From NCBI GenBank assembly GCA_964035575.1, contig OZ037834.1, positions 1,798,001 through 1,862,000 on the forward strand: DNA of 64,000 nt, in the 5' to 3' direction. The stretch is from Rhynchopus sp. YZ270_cl-10 (taxonomy: Eukaryota). Under the pieces are notes generated by a model. That model saw only the letters and a program-made list of their open reading frames with translations, did no database searches and was not told the DNA's origin. Below, piece by piece: positions 24,081-36,170 of this stretch. The position numbers and the translations under genes are program-made. Each line of letters begins with the position of its first letter. The stretch's first letter is position 1.

Positions 24081-26022
24081 ATGCCTTCTGATGCTGAAGA
24101 GGATCAATACAATGAAATATTTTTAATTCTGTCTTCAGATGGAGAAGGTGTGACACTTGACGAACTGACCTTCTTCTTCCAGGCAATGCCGAACACCCCA
24201 GCCCTCTCGCAAATCGGCGAAATCTTTAACCAATGCGATGAAGACCAATCCGGTGCAATAGACACAGAAGAATTCATCAATGTTGTGGAAACACTAAAAC
24301 TGCTGCAAAACAAAACGACGGTGGAGATTTTAAGGAGTTTTAAGGAGGCGAAGTTTACCTCAATATTTCGGCTTGCAGACATCCAACGGAAAGGAACTCT
24401 TACAAAAGACGTGGTAACCTCCTTGGTAGCTAAGCTCCCTTATCCTTCAGAGGTTGACGTAGACAACCATATTCGTGGCGTTCTAGCCCCTTATGGTACC
24501 TTATTCAGTATTGATGCATTTCTCTCGGTTGTAGCATCGTTGACAGAGGAAATGCGTACTGCTGATGTCATTGAAACGTTCATGGTAGCATTAAAAGATG
24601 TCGCAGACCAAAGAGAACGGCAACGTTTTTTGACAGACATAGGTCAAGGTGGAGAAGGGGTCAGTCATAGCCGTCCTATTGAAGATGATGAAGGAGTCGG
24701 TGGATGTGATGGGTGTGTTGCATTGAGGGGTCGAGCCATGCATTTACGTCTTGCGGTGGAAGCGGAAAAGGTGGTCTATAGGGAAACAAAACAGCAGTTA
24801 GATGAGGCAAAGGAGCGCCTAGAGGCGGCAGACCGAATGAACCGCGACCTCGTATTCGAAAACGAAAAAGTAAAAAAAAGGATTCGCGAATTAGGTGCCG
24901 GAGCGTCCCCTACGCCAAACGCCTCTTTCGCCGCCGCCGAAGAAACCTTAAAGAAAACCATTACAGAGAAGGATACCCAAATCGCTGCGCAGCAAACCGA
25001 AATTGAGACCCTAAAAAAATCGCTGAACAAACAGAAACAGGAAAGTGGACGCCAATCTGCGGCCTTAGCGTTGCTGCACAAACACATTGCGGGGTTGGAA
25101 AAGGAGAATGAAATGCTTCGCAAAGGAGGGGATAGGGAGTTGGTGAAGGAGGCGATGGCGCGGCAGAAGCTTCTTACCGCTAAGCTGGAGGCTGCAGAGA
25201 AAACGATTGCAAGCTTTCAACAGGACAAATGGTACGACGACAAGCTTGACTATCTGAGCACACAGAAATCCCCTTTGGTCAGCGCGGCCGCTTCCTCCAT
25301 GGGGGTATCCCATGGGTGGCAACCTGAATCTACCCCACAACGCCGTCAAGACTCCACCACTGGGTTTGCCAAAGCAGCTATCCGGAAGGGCGCAAGACTC
25401 GAAGATATCGCCGTAGATCCAACAGACGACGAATACCGTGTTCTCTCCAACTACTATCACCCATATCAAAACGCACGCACCCAAGCACAACGCAATGATA
25501 TGCTCGCCGCCTGCTCCGACGAGCTTGACAAAGTAAACCGCCACCACCCTGCATACTGGAGCGGCAAAGACGGCATCCGTATTAAAAGTTGGATGAAACG
25601 GCCTGCAGTGAGCGACGGTGTCCTCCACAAGAAGAAGTACGTCGTCAGCGGGGTCCGCTCTGTCAGCAACGGCCTGCGAGAGCGGAGTGAGGAAGGGCTT
25701 GGGGAGACGCGGTCTGTGGGGATGAGTCGTGCGGGGTCGGTCGCGTCGCTCTACGGGGCTGGAGGAGGGGGGGGGAGGAGGAGGAGGTGGTGGCAGTGTA
25801 GCAGACGGCCCCCCCATATACACCGCAACAGCCACCGCGGCCTCTACCGAGCGTGCGCACCGCACCGCACACAGCCGTGCCATCGCCCTCGCCGGAGGTG
25901 TCACCGCGAAAAGCGTTTCTCCCACCAGAAGACCTGCCACTTCAAATGCCGCCGCAGCTGCCGGAGGATCCGTAGGAGGGGTCAGCCCTCCTGCCCCGGT
26001 GGCAGGGCAGAAGAGGTGGTGA
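24081..26022 (+). CDS. EF-hand and coiled-coil protein; apparent 1-nt frameshift in G run 25767-25775
   Basis: Canonical EF loop DEDQSGAIDTEE plus degenerate loops, then a long coiled coil. As written the ORF runs to 26051 with an unnatural Arg/Cys/His tail. Removing one G gives a Gly-rich, natural-looking tail ending GQKRW* at 26022. Confidence 0.75.
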
Positions 26023-26441
26023 AGAAGAAGAAGGGAAGCCCTTTTAGTTGAAAAAAAAATATTTTGAAAAAGGGGAAAAGAGAGAGAGAGAGGGAGGTGA
26101 TAAAAAAGTGTGGAGAAACTCACAGAGAGGTTGTCTTTTTTGAGTTTTTTTTTTTGAGTTTGAGGCGGCTTTGAGCGCACAAAAGATCCGATCTTTTTTT
26201 GTGGGTCGCTTTCATTTTGTGGGGAGGGAGGTCGCGGAGTGCTAAGCTAGGGGGTATTGGTTGGTATGGAAAAGGGGGGGGAGGAGGAATGCTGGCCTTT
26301 GTCGACCAATGTGTTTTATTTGGTGAATCGTTGTATGTTTATTTTGTAACAACTGCCTTGCAAAGGTTGGGGAGGAAATGAAAACGTATCTGAGTGTGCC
26401 CGAATTTTTGGTGAGAGCGACATCAACACGACACAACTTAT

Positions 26442-27136
26442 CACGGTACCATAAAGATCTTAAGGAAGATTTTTGTGTTTTTTCAGGATTCCTGGAAATC
26501 CTGACACTTTGTGTTTTTTTTCTTCAGGATTTTTCAAGATCCTGACAATTTGTGTGTTTTTTTTTTTACCAGGGGGCTTCTCTATGTTGTAGGCATACAG
26601 AGGTACAGATTTTACAGACCGGGGCCGCAACTGGCTGGGATGTCACGAAACTGACAAAAAAAAGTGGTTTTCGACCTTTTTTTTGGCCTGCTGTACTGTA
26701 CTGTACTGTACTGTACTGTACTGTACTGTACTGTACTGTACTGTACTGTACTGTACTGTACTGTACTGTACTGTACTGTACTGTACTGTACTGTACTGTA
26801 CTGTACTGTACTGTACTGTACTGTACTGTACTGTACTGTACTGTACTGTACTGTACTGTACTGTACTGTACTGTACTGTACTGTACTGTACTGTACTGTA
26901 CTGTACTGTGCGGAAATTGACCAAAAAACGAGAACTTGTCCATTTCGGCAAATTGACCCCACCACTGGCCGGACGGATTCCGGAAATGCAAATGCCGGCG
27001 TTTCTAAGCAAGTTCTAAGCAGGAGAGAAAAAAAACACAAAAAAAAAACACAAATTGTCAGGATCTTGATCAGGAAGAAGAAGATTTGAGTCCGTGGAAA
27101 AAAAAAAATCTTCTTTAAGAACTTTCTGGTACCGTG
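26442..27136. mobile_element. CACGG..CCGTG TIR element carrying a (CTGTA)n array
   Basis: Imperfect ~30-bp TIR CACGGTACCA.AAAG.TCTTAA; flanks AACTTAT/GACTTAT (possible 7-bp TSD, 1 mismatch). Confidence 0.8.
26691..26905. repeat. (CTGTA)43 perfect microsatellite
   Basis: Direct reading. Confidence 0.98.
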
Positions 27137-28436
27137 GACTTATTCACAGAAAAGTTTTTTTTTTGATTTTTGTCCCTACACACTCCACAAAAATCCGGTG
27201 CGATTAACGAAAGATTCTTTTTCTGATTTCGTTTCTTTCTTTATCAGACTAGCTAAAACTCAGATGTCAGTTTTTATTTCTTTTGCAAAACACACACCAT
27301 AAAAAGAAAGATGGGACCATTTTTGTTGATCCCTCACCATATACTATCAATTTATTGATTGCATATGATGAAAATACTATTTCTTCTTCAAACCCAGCGT
27401 GTTCCAGTGCGATAACGGTTGTGGTAAATATGTGTGCACGAGAGAGAGAGACACATGCATCTTACAAGTTTTTCTTTTTTTCTCATTTTGTTGTGTCAAC
27501 ATGAGGTCAATACAATGAGGCCTATTTTCATCTTTCAAGTGTTTCTCTTTTAGTAGTCTCTTTTCTCTCCAACAAAAAAAGCGAGTTTTTTTTTAAAAGT
27601 ATTTTTGGTGTTTTTTTTTTGCCCTCCGTTCTTGAAAAGATGTTGTGTGTCTTTCAATTATCCCTCTTTTTTCTTCTCGTTTTTTTTAGTACCATGTGTT
27701 GGTGTGTGTAGGAGGAATATTCCTCGTCGAACAACCTCGGTTTTATTATGTTTACCACGTAATAAGGAACATAGCGTGTTACCCGGGGTCATGTGGTCAT
27801 AGTGTCTCTTTTGTGTGTTTTTTTTTTTTAAAGGGTAACCAATCGACGAGGCTTTTTTTTTGATCCGTCTAAGCCCGTCTGTTCTCTTGTTGTTATCAAT
27901 TTATTGATTGATCATCACAGAAAATTCTTTTTGGATCTCCTGTTGTTGGCCGCAGGGTATTTATGCTTTCATCCGGATGGCTGGCATCGTACGTGGGTCA
28001 GTCGGTAGGTGCCTGCATTAACTTCACTTTTGGTGTCATAACTTCACTCGCTTCTTTTTATGTACTTAATCTCCCCCACCTCCCTCACCACATTGTAACG
28101 CCATGTCAATATATTATTGCCAAGAAGGTGAACGGCGTTTTGTTTTTTAAAGAATGTTTGCACAGCAAGCCGCATGCATCTTTTCCAAAGCTTTTTTTTT
28201 CTTTTGTTCTTGTGCCCTCCCTGTATACCCTGTGTAGTAGTTTAAATTACCCCCCACCCAACCCCCACCTTTAAGCTTGATCAAGGGGGGGGTCAACCTT
28301 CGACAAAAACCTCATCTCAAAACAGAACACCCCTATACAGACCTCTACACTTTTCTAAAATATTTCTAAATTAATTCGCCGTTTTTCAATTTTTTTTTTC
28401 AACTTTTTTTGGCCTCAATTTTTTAGCCTCTTCTCA

Positions 28437-29240
28437 ATGGAATGGAGCGAGCCATCCGGGGATGTAGTGTGTCTCATAGGCAGTGAAGAGGGTCTGACCG
28501 CAACACGCGACGGCAACACAATTGACTCTGCAGTCAAGGAGGTTGAGGTGCGTGGGGGTGGGGTGTACCTCTGTGGGGGCCGTGAAGGGGCTTCTGGGAG
28601 GCTTCTCCGGTATAGCACAGAACAGCGTTTTGGCACTACAGCGCGCGACAGCCACCTCCTCGCAGTCTATACACTATGTACAGAGCACAACATCACCCAC
28701 AACATTCGCCGAGAGGAGCTGCGTCTGGCGGTACCCCCCACCCCGCAGAGCATTGCACCAACCGGGGTGCAACATAAATCCGCAGCCCCTCCGCCTACTC
28801 CAACACCAACCCCTCCACTGATTATGATTTCCCCTGAAAAATCGGAAGCAGAAGCAGAAGCGGAAGCTGAAGCCTCTCTCGAGGAGCTAGTATATGAAAG
28901 TGTCCCGCAAAGTGTCGACGGAGGGGATTCAGTGTCATTATTGAAACCAATTCGTACACCAGCGAAGAGGGTGAAGAAGGAGGTGGAGATGAAGAGGAGG
29001 AGTGGGGCGAAGCTTGCAGGTACAGAGGTAAATTTTAATCACCCGGTGCCGCCGTTTTGGGAGATCCCTGGGGCGAGGTCGCCATTTGCCTCGTTTGATG
29101 TTGGGCACAAAAAGGTGCAGCGAACCTACCAAGCACCGCCAACAGGGAATCTTCCGTTTGGAGGACGGCAGAAGGTGGGCAGCCACGATGCGATGCTATG
29201 GAGAGATGGGTACTATCTAGCCTCGCCGTACTTCTGTTGA
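28437..29240 (+). CDS. Hypothetical protein (267 aa)
   Basis: ATG-initiated, GC-richer ORF after a pyrimidine tract, on the same strand as all genes; Pro-rich and EAEA linkers; no family recognised. Confidence 0.7.
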   Translation: MEWSEPSGDVVCLIGSEEGLTATRDGNTIDSAVKEVEVRGGGVYLCGGREGASGRLLRYSTEQRFGTTARDSHLLAVYTLCTEHNITHNIRREELRLAVPPTPQSIAPTGVQHKSAAPPPTPTPTPPLIMISPEKSEAEAEAEAEASLEELVYESVPQSVDGGDSVSLLKPIRTPAKRVKKEVEMKRRSGAKLAGTEVNFNHPVPPFWEIPGARSPFASFDVGHKKVQRTYQAPPTGNLPFGGRQKVGSHDAMLWRDGYYLASPYFC

Positions 29241-29615
29241 TGGACACAAACGATTTTGAGAAAAAAATGCATGCGTTTTTTCTGGAGATAATATTGTACA
29301 CGAGACTATCAATCCATTTTTTGTAGATTCTTTGTTTATTCAATTTTTTTTGTAAGCAATAGATTAAAAGAAAGGTCGTTTTTTTATCCATTATGTACCT
29401 CCATACAAACCTCCCTCGTGGTAAACCAAATGTGCATGCCAATGAAGTGTTGCTCTCTGGGGGGTTCGATAACCCGCGGAGAACCAGTTTTTTTTACCCC
29501 CCGCCGTATGGCATTAGCACTTTTTCAACTTCTCTTTTTTTTCTTGAAATTTTTTTTTTACCCCTTCATCCTCATCCTCTTCAGTACATCATCTTTTGTT
29601 TTTTTTTTTTTTGAA

Positions 29616-31883
29616 ATGCTGGAAAAAGTTGTGTCTCGTTTGAAAAAGGGGTTTCGAAGGTTAGAAGAACGGCTTCGCATTGATGGAGATACAGAGATGG
29701 ACACACGGAGGAAGGCGGTGACGGGGATACAGGGGGTGACGGTGCTTGTGGTCGCGGTTTTTGTCACGGCGTATGGGTTTTCGGATGTGACGAACCGGTT
29801 TTACTTTGGAATGGCGGGGTTGACGGCGGTGGTGACAGCGTGCACATCCCTTGGCACCATGCTTATCCTCAAGAAGGCAAGCGAAACGCTCATCAAAGGC
29901 ACGCTCCTCGGCCTCATGATCGCCGCCTGCTTTGGCGACCTCCACCTCGCCCAGAGCGGCTTCACCCGCTCCTGGCCTCTCCTCATCGTTGGGGTCGACG
30001 TTCTCTTCCTCCTCAGAGTTGGCGGAAAATTCAAGGTACTTTGTGTAGTCGGAGTCATTCTTTGGCTCTTTTTGATTGAATTAGAAGCAATAGTTCGATT
30101 TGGATTGTATGACGTACCGCAGTCTATACCAAGGGAACGGAGATGGGAGATGAGTTGTGGCTGTGCGGATCCACCGTGCGCGGTATCTCCTTTGGGAGGG
30201 GTGGCCGCGTTTGGGATGCAGGTTTTGGTTTTTTTGTTAGATTTTTTGTTGACGCAGCAGTTTGCTTGGAAGATGTATGATGAGCATGACCGGGTGGTTG
30301 CGGTGATTGGGATGAGTAATGAGATTGCGTTGTGTCTTTCCCGAATGGATTTAGATGCGGCAGACGCACAGCTTGGCGCTGCAGAGGCCTTTCCACGCGA
30401 GCTGCACCTCTCCTTCTCTAACATTATTGCCAACCTCCGCCTCTTCCGCTCCTACCTCCCGCAGTCTCTCCTCGACGAAGCAAAACACGAACAACACCGC
30501 CCCAGCGAACCTACCCTCCACGCCTCCTCGCTCTCCCCACCTCCTGGAGTAAAATCCGGCACCGCCGCAATAGCGTTCACCGACATAAAAGACAGCACCT
30601 CCCTATGGGAGCGAATTCCGCGTGCAATGAAACATGCATTATCTCTCCACAACGCTCTCATCCGTGAAAGCCTCGCAATCTACGGAGGTTATGAAGTGAA
30701 AACGATAGGTGACGCGTTTATGGTAGCATTTGCTAGCGCCTCGGATGCGGTTAACTTTGGGTTGAAGGTGCAGTTGGATCTGCATGCAGCAGCGTGGGAT
30801 AAAGAGCTCCTTGCGTCAGATCTATGCAAACACGACGCCTTTGGGATGTGGCGCGGACTCCTCGTTCGCATTGGGATTAACTGCGGAGAGGTCGACGTCG
30901 AAGTAAACAAAATTACTGGGCGTGTAGACTATCTAGGACACATTGTGAACAAAGCTGCACGAACTGAGTCCGCATCCGCCCCGGGTAGTGTCACAGTCAC
31001 TCCAGAGGTTCTCGAGGAGATCGAAGTGTGTGTGGACAACAGCGAGGCTAGCGGGGCGCAACTGCTCTACCTTAAGGTGCCGCTAGGTTCGATCCGTCTG
31101 AAGGGGATTGTTGAGGATGTAGCCTTGACCGCTCTTCTTCCATTAAGCCTGGCGGGGAGGGAAGACTATGTGTTGACGTGCAGGGCTTTGCCGCAGAGCG
31201 GTTCGCATCCGGCGTTGAAGGCGTTGCAGGAGAAGGGTGCACGATATGATGTGCATGTGAAATTGAGCATGTCCGATAGGATTAAGGTGGCAGAAAAGAA
31301 GATCTGTGCAACGCTCGGTAGGGTTGTGCTTACCCTCGCAGAGGATGTACCAGAGCTGGCGTACAATTCTGCGTTGGAGCAGATGTTGGAGTGTTTGTCA
31401 AATTGTGAAGGTCGTATCGTAACGTTGATTGGAGCATCTGCGTCGGTTTCATGGAATGTGTCGAAGCTGTGTGCACAGCATGTAGAGCATTCGTGGCGGT
31501 TTGTCTATTTGTTGCATCAATCGTTTGAAAAGACGCGATCCGTTGCGGCCTGTGTAGGGATATGTACAGGGGATGTGGTGAAAGGGAATTTGGGGACCTG
31601 GGAGCAACGGTTTTTGACGTTCATCGGAGAATGTCAGTACGTCTGTGGCAGTCTTGGGGTGGCGGCGAGGGACGACCGGGTGCTTGCGTACTACGCATCG
31701 CTGGCGGGGCAGATGCTCACAAAAGGCATGACAGAGGCCGTCACAGCATTGTTGCCAGGGACGTTCCAAGGGACAACCCTTGGCAAGCTTGTCGTGTACT
31801 GCATCCCAGCCGACCCCTCGGTGCTGAAAAAGCTTGGCGAAGCTACCGGATATCTCGGAGAGGAATACTACTGCTTTTTGTGA
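29616..31883 (+). CDS. Multi-TM class III adenylate cyclase with intact catalytic motifs and a second, degenerate C-terminal cyclase-like domain
   Basis: About 6 TM helices, then AFTDIKDSTSLW, GYEVKTIGDAFMVAF, VRIGINCG and DYLGHIVNKAAR. Start placed at ATG 29616 because the upstream ORF extension is T-tract sequence. Confidence 0.9.
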   Translation: MLEKVVSRLKKGFRRLEERLRIDGDTEMDTRRKAVTGIQGVTVLVVAVFVTAYGFSDVTNRFYFGMAGLTAVVTACTSLGTMLILKKASETLIKGTLLGLMIAACFGDLHLAQSGFTRSWPLLIVGVDVLFLLRVGGKFKVLCVVGVILWLFLIELEAIVRFGLYDVPQSIPRERRWEMSCGCADPPCAVSPLGGVAAFGMQVLVFLLDFLLTQQFAWKMYDEHDRVVAVIGMSNEIALCLSRMDLDAADAQLGAAEAFPRELHLSFSNIIANLRLFRSYLPQSLLDEAKHEQHRPSEPTLHASSLSPPPGVKSGTAAIAFTDIKDSTSLWERIPRAMKHALSLHNALIRESLAIYGGYEVKTIGDAFMVAFASASDAVNFGLKVQLDLHAAAWDKELLASDLCKHDAFGMWRGLLVRIGINCGEVDVEVNKITGRVDYLGHIVNKAARTESASAPGSVTVTPEVLEEIEVCVDNSEASGAQLLYLKVPLGSIRLKGIVEDVALTALLPLSLAGREDYVLTCRALPQSGSHPALKALQEKGARYDVHVKLSMSDRIKVAEKKICATLGRVVLTLAEDVPELAYNSALEQMLECLSNCEGRIVTLIGASASVSWNVSKLCAQHVEHSWRFVYLLHQSFEKTRSVAACVGICTGDVVKGNLGTWEQRFLTFIGECQYVCGSLGVAARDDRVLAYYASLAGQMLTKGMTEAVTALLPGTFQGTTLGKLVVYCIPADPSVLKKLGEATGYLGEEYYCFL

Positions 31884-31944
31884 AAAAAGGGGGTGTGTTT
31901 TTTAGAGGGCGTATTTACATACGGTTCCCAATTTTTAAAAGTAA

Positions 31945-33164
31945 GGGTACTCACACTTTTTCTTTTGTTTCTTGTCCTTGGGTTTCCCAAAAATCCGAGC
32001 GGGCGGGCGGGAAAAAAAAAGTGAAGCAAAAAAAAAAAGTGGAGGAAAAAGAAAAGTGAAGGGGGGAAAAAACCCTGTGCGGTATTTTTCCGCCCAAGAG
32101 GGCGTTTTGTTGCAGTTCCGAGCCAATCCCGGCTTGTGGTGGGGGATATTCGGAAAAATGGACAAAATTTCAGTGACTTAAATTTTCGTACAATATGAAC
32201 CCATACTCGTAAACAAGAGTCATTTTCAGTCTAATTCTGGAAATTTTCCGGAAAATTCGGAAAATTCCGACATTTGGAAGCAACTTAGCAAGTTTTTCCC
32301 CTGTAAAAAGTGAGTTTTCAGCCCAAAACGTACCACGGTTGGCATTTCCGGAACCCGTCCGCGCTGTGGTGGCCAGGGTGGGGTCGCTTTACCGAAATGG
32401 CCAAATTCTTGGTTTTGGTCAAAATCCATGTAGGGAAATCCCAAATCCAGATTTTCTCTCCCCGATCCTGACGTCTGAAAACACGAAAGTGCCCGAAAAC
32501 ACCGGCATTTGCATTTCCGGAATCCGTCCGTTGTGTGGTGGGGTCAATTTGCCAAAATGGACAAGTTTTTGGTTTTGGTCAAAACCCGTCAGTGTAAGGT
32601 AAAGGGGGGCCAAGTGTTCGCCTGTAGAACTGGTAGAAAACAGGCAGCGCCGCAGGCGCACGTTACCAACTTTTTTACTCGTGCCATTTTCTTTTGATTG
32701 CACGAGCCGATTGCTCTCCACCGTGGGGCTCAGATTGGAGCGTGCAGTTCTCTACCTTGTGGGGATGTTGCAGTAGTCAGCAACACAGCGCCGCAGGCGC
32801 ACGGTACGCTACTTTTTTTCTTTTTTGAAAACTTGGTTGTATTAGTGTAGACACCCGAGGATGAACTCCACTACTTGCCCGGCTACAACGTGCCAAATGC
32901 TCTGGTCACATGACCACGGGGGGTCATGCGGAGTCATCTACAACCTCCAAACCCCATTTTTCTCGGGGGTCACCATGTACCCCCGAACTCTGTGAAAATC
33001 CGGATTTTTCTGGAAAAAATAATGGGGTGGACATGGTCCCACCCCGGTCCACCTTGGTGGAAACCCTGTACACTTTTTTTTTTTTGCCCACTTTTTTTTT
33101 TTTTTCCTCCCTGAAAAATCCGAGCGGGCGGGGACAAGAAACAAAAGAAAAAGTGAGAGTACCC
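31945..33164. mobile_element. Non-autonomous PIF/Harbinger-type element
   Basis: ~33-bp TIR GGGTACTC.CACTTTTTCTTTTGTTTCTTGTCC; TAA TSD on both sides. Confidence 0.88.
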
Positions 33165-33527
33165 TAAGAGAGAGAAAAAACCCGAATGGAGTGTGGTAGT
33201 GAGAGCGCGGAAAACGTAGTGGGAATGCAAACGAGCTTTTTTTGTTTTCTCCCACAAAATATCTCGCGCAGAGAAACACTCTTTTTTTTTTTTTTGTTTT
33301 TTCACACAGCGCCTGCTGTTTGTTTTTTCTCAACCGACACCTTTTTTCATTTTTTTCCCCCCCGGTATCACATATGATACTGTTTTTCATGGGAACGCAT
33401 GAAAAGGAGTGCTGTGCTATTTACAGAACTCGATAGGCGATTGAGCTAATCTAACAACCAAAACAAAGAAAGTACGAGAAGATTTCATTTACCCCTCCTT
33501 TTTTTTTTTCTTCTTCCAGAAAGTAAT

Positions 33528-34068
33528 CAGGGAAATAGCTTGGTTTTCCTCCAAAATCAGGAATTATGCGAAAGCGAAAAAATTTTTTGCCCGGTCGAAA
33601 GCGGTCGTTGCGCGCTTCGCGCAAGCCTCCCTGAGTGGAGAGGCGAAAGGTCAAATTGCGAGATAACAAAAAAAACAACGGAATGTAATCCCTTATTACG
33701 GAGCTCGGTTTTGCACCTTACGTTCCACTTTCCGTATGGGAAAAAAATAAATGGCGCCGCAGGCGAAAAAAAAATAGGGTACGGTGTAAAAATGCTGGTT
33801 CACAACCACACAGTCACTCAACAAACCCTTTTTTGCGGAGCAAAAAAGGAAAATGGCGCCGCAGGCGAAAAAAAATAAGGGTACGGTGCCTCTGCAAACG
33901 CAGCGAGCGAAAATTTTAAGATTCCATCATTCCAGTCATTTGGGAGATCTGGGGGTCGGGCGAGGGGCCCCAAAAGTGCCCAAAAATCCCTCTTTTTTTT
34001 TTTTTTTTCCCCCAAAAATCCAGAATTATGCGATGTCGCATAATTCGGTATATGGAGCTATTTCCCTG
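33528..34068. mobile_element. CAGGG..CCCTG MITE with 7-bp TSD
   Basis: 13-bp TIR CAGGGAAATAGCT; AAGTAAT on both sides; internal GGCGCCGCAGGCG motifs. Confidence 0.85.
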
Positions 34069-35022
34069 AAGTAATACTGATTTGGGTTGATTTTCCAAAA
34101 TCCGGAGCTCGGCCCGATTTTTTTTTTTTTGACTCTGTCGACCTTTTTCTAACTTTTTTTCATTATTGGCTCGGCCTGACCCAAATCAATCTTTTTACTT
34201 CTTGCACGCCAGTTTGAAAAAAAGTGTCTGTTTTGATAACGTTGAGGATAACGAGCTCGAAACCGGTCGGAATGGAAAGATTCGTCCTAAAAGTAAAAGA
34301 GTAGTCGGCCAGATTCATTGAGAGGATGAACGAGGAACTTTCTCACATAAAAGGGGTCCTGGGGGAACACACTGCCTGTCTTTTGTAATGATTTCTTTTC
34401 CAAAGGAACAAAGTTCGTGTGTGTGTGTGTGTGTGTTTTTGCAGCCACTCTTTACCTTCTGTCAGTCTCAACTCTAATTCGGTTAAAATTTTTCTATAAA
34501 AAAAAAACCATACATTTTTTGTCAAAGCAATTATTTTATAGTGCATGAGAGTCGCATTCACCTTTAAAATGCACACATTTCTCACATCTCCCCTTTAGGG
34601 GGGTTTTTTTTTGCATATTTTGCGTGATCCATGTGGTTAGGTCCTTTCCAGGAATAAAATGGACACAGTGTCTTTTACGGAGTGCGTTGACCAAAATGGA
34701 TAATCAGCGGTTTCCGATGATTGACGCACTGAGCCGATTCTTGCCCTCGTTGATGAAGTCATGCGTGGTTCTCTTTTGTACCTCCCGCCAAACAGTGCAC
34801 AAAACCAAGAAATCTAAATGAACTTTGACCACCTTTTTTTTGACCAGAAGTAAGACGCAATGTGGTGTCAAAAATGACCGGGTGCTTCCCGCCCCCCCGT
34901 TCAGATGCGAGACCACAAATCGCTTTACTTCAGAGTTTTACTGTTCATTTTTTGGGGGGCTTTGTGTTTCAAATCACGTTTTATTTTATTTTTTTGTGTT
35001 TTTTTTTTTTTTTTACACCAGG

Positions 35023-35607
35023 CAGGGTTTTTTTTAGGATTGGGTGTTTTGACCCTTGGGGGGGGGTCGCAAAAAGAGCCCTATTTGGACTCAGAAAAAA
35101 ATTTTCCCCATGCATTCAGGGCTCTCGCCAATCACCCCTTTTGGCCAAAATGGGGGGTGATTTTGGGGTCCACGAGCTTCCCCCCTGTAATAGCGGTCGC
35201 CCGAATTTTTTTCAGAACTGCTGACCAGGGACATTGGGAACATAGGGAACAAAATGTATGTACTTTTTTTTGCGGAGCAAAAAATTTAAAATGGCGCCGC
35301 AGGCGAAAAAAAATTCAGGGTACGGTGTAAAAAGCAAGCTCTTTACATCATAGAGTCACTCAACGAACCCTTTTTTGCGAAGCAAAAAAGGAAAAATGGC
35401 GCCGCAGGCAAAAAAAAATTGAGGTACAGACTGTATGATGCGGTCAGGAACCCAGTTCCCCATGGTACTTGCCGCAAACTCACCCCCTTCGGGGGGTGTC
35501 TCGCCCCCAAAAATTTTTTTTCCACCCCCTCCACCCCCCCCCAGAATCCTGAAAAAAATCCTGGGGGGGGCGAGACCCCCCCTCACCCCCCCATAAAAAA
35601 AACCCTG
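35023..35607. mobile_element. CAGGG..CCCTG MITE with apparent 5-bp TSD
   Basis: TIR CAGGGTTTTTTTTA; CCAGG on both sides; shares internal GGCGCCGCAGGC-containing blocks with 33528-34068. Confidence 0.75.
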
Positions 35608-35750
35608 CCAGGTCTTTTAGCACAAAGGCCAGCCTTTTTACACCCTCATTTTCAACATTTTCCCCCCAACCTTTCAAACCTTTCCTTGTTTACGCAAAAT
35701 GGGGAGAAAATAGGACAGGGGTGAGAGACCTTTAGGCATACATAAACATA

Positions 35751-35885
35751 CAGTACGGACGAGTCGCCCCCGAGTGAAGACGACAGTCTCGCCTACTCGT
35801 CAAACAAGCGAAACAAAAAAAAGACGAGTTTTCGGGCTGAGACCTAAAAGGTAGGTTTATGCGAATAGACGACTCGTCCGCAGTG
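35751..35885. mobile_element. Small TIR element flanked by TA
   Basis: CAGTACGGACGAGTCG ... CGACTCGTCCGCAGTG, with TA on both sides. Confidence 0.7.
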
Positions 35886-35919
35886 TAATGTTTAGGGAGA
35901 CTCTCTGAGCATACAGCAA

Positions 35920-36170
35920 CACGACGGTGATGTACAGTACATTACAAGTGAAGTTACATGTAACGTTACAAGTGAAAAACCGTTACAAGTGAGTTACAAG
36001 TGAGTTACAAGTGAGTTACAAGTGGGATACATGAATTACAGGCAAAAGCAGGTTGTAACTGGTGGGTTACAAGTGGGTTACAAGTGAGTTACAAGTGAGT
36101 TACATGTAACAAAAGTTACATGTAACTCACTTGTAACTCCACTTGTAACACCCGTTACATCACCGTCGTG
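35920..36170. mobile_element. CACGACGG MITE with TTACAAGTG subterminal repeats (CACTA/CMC-like)
   Basis: TIR CACGACGGTGATGTA; 2-bp TSD AA. Confidence 0.85.

Noticed and set aside
26552..27089. ORFs with YCTVL/STVQY repeats
   Set aside because: Translations of the (CTGTA)n microsatellite.
29450..29490. GGTTCGAT tRNA-like T-loop
   Set aside because: No cloverleaf can be folded; no tRNA or rRNA genes were recognised in the window.
29418..29615. N-terminal extension of the cyclase ORF (also 42892-43023 for the LRR gene)
   Set aside because: Low-complexity T/A-tract translation; downstream ATGs give better starts.
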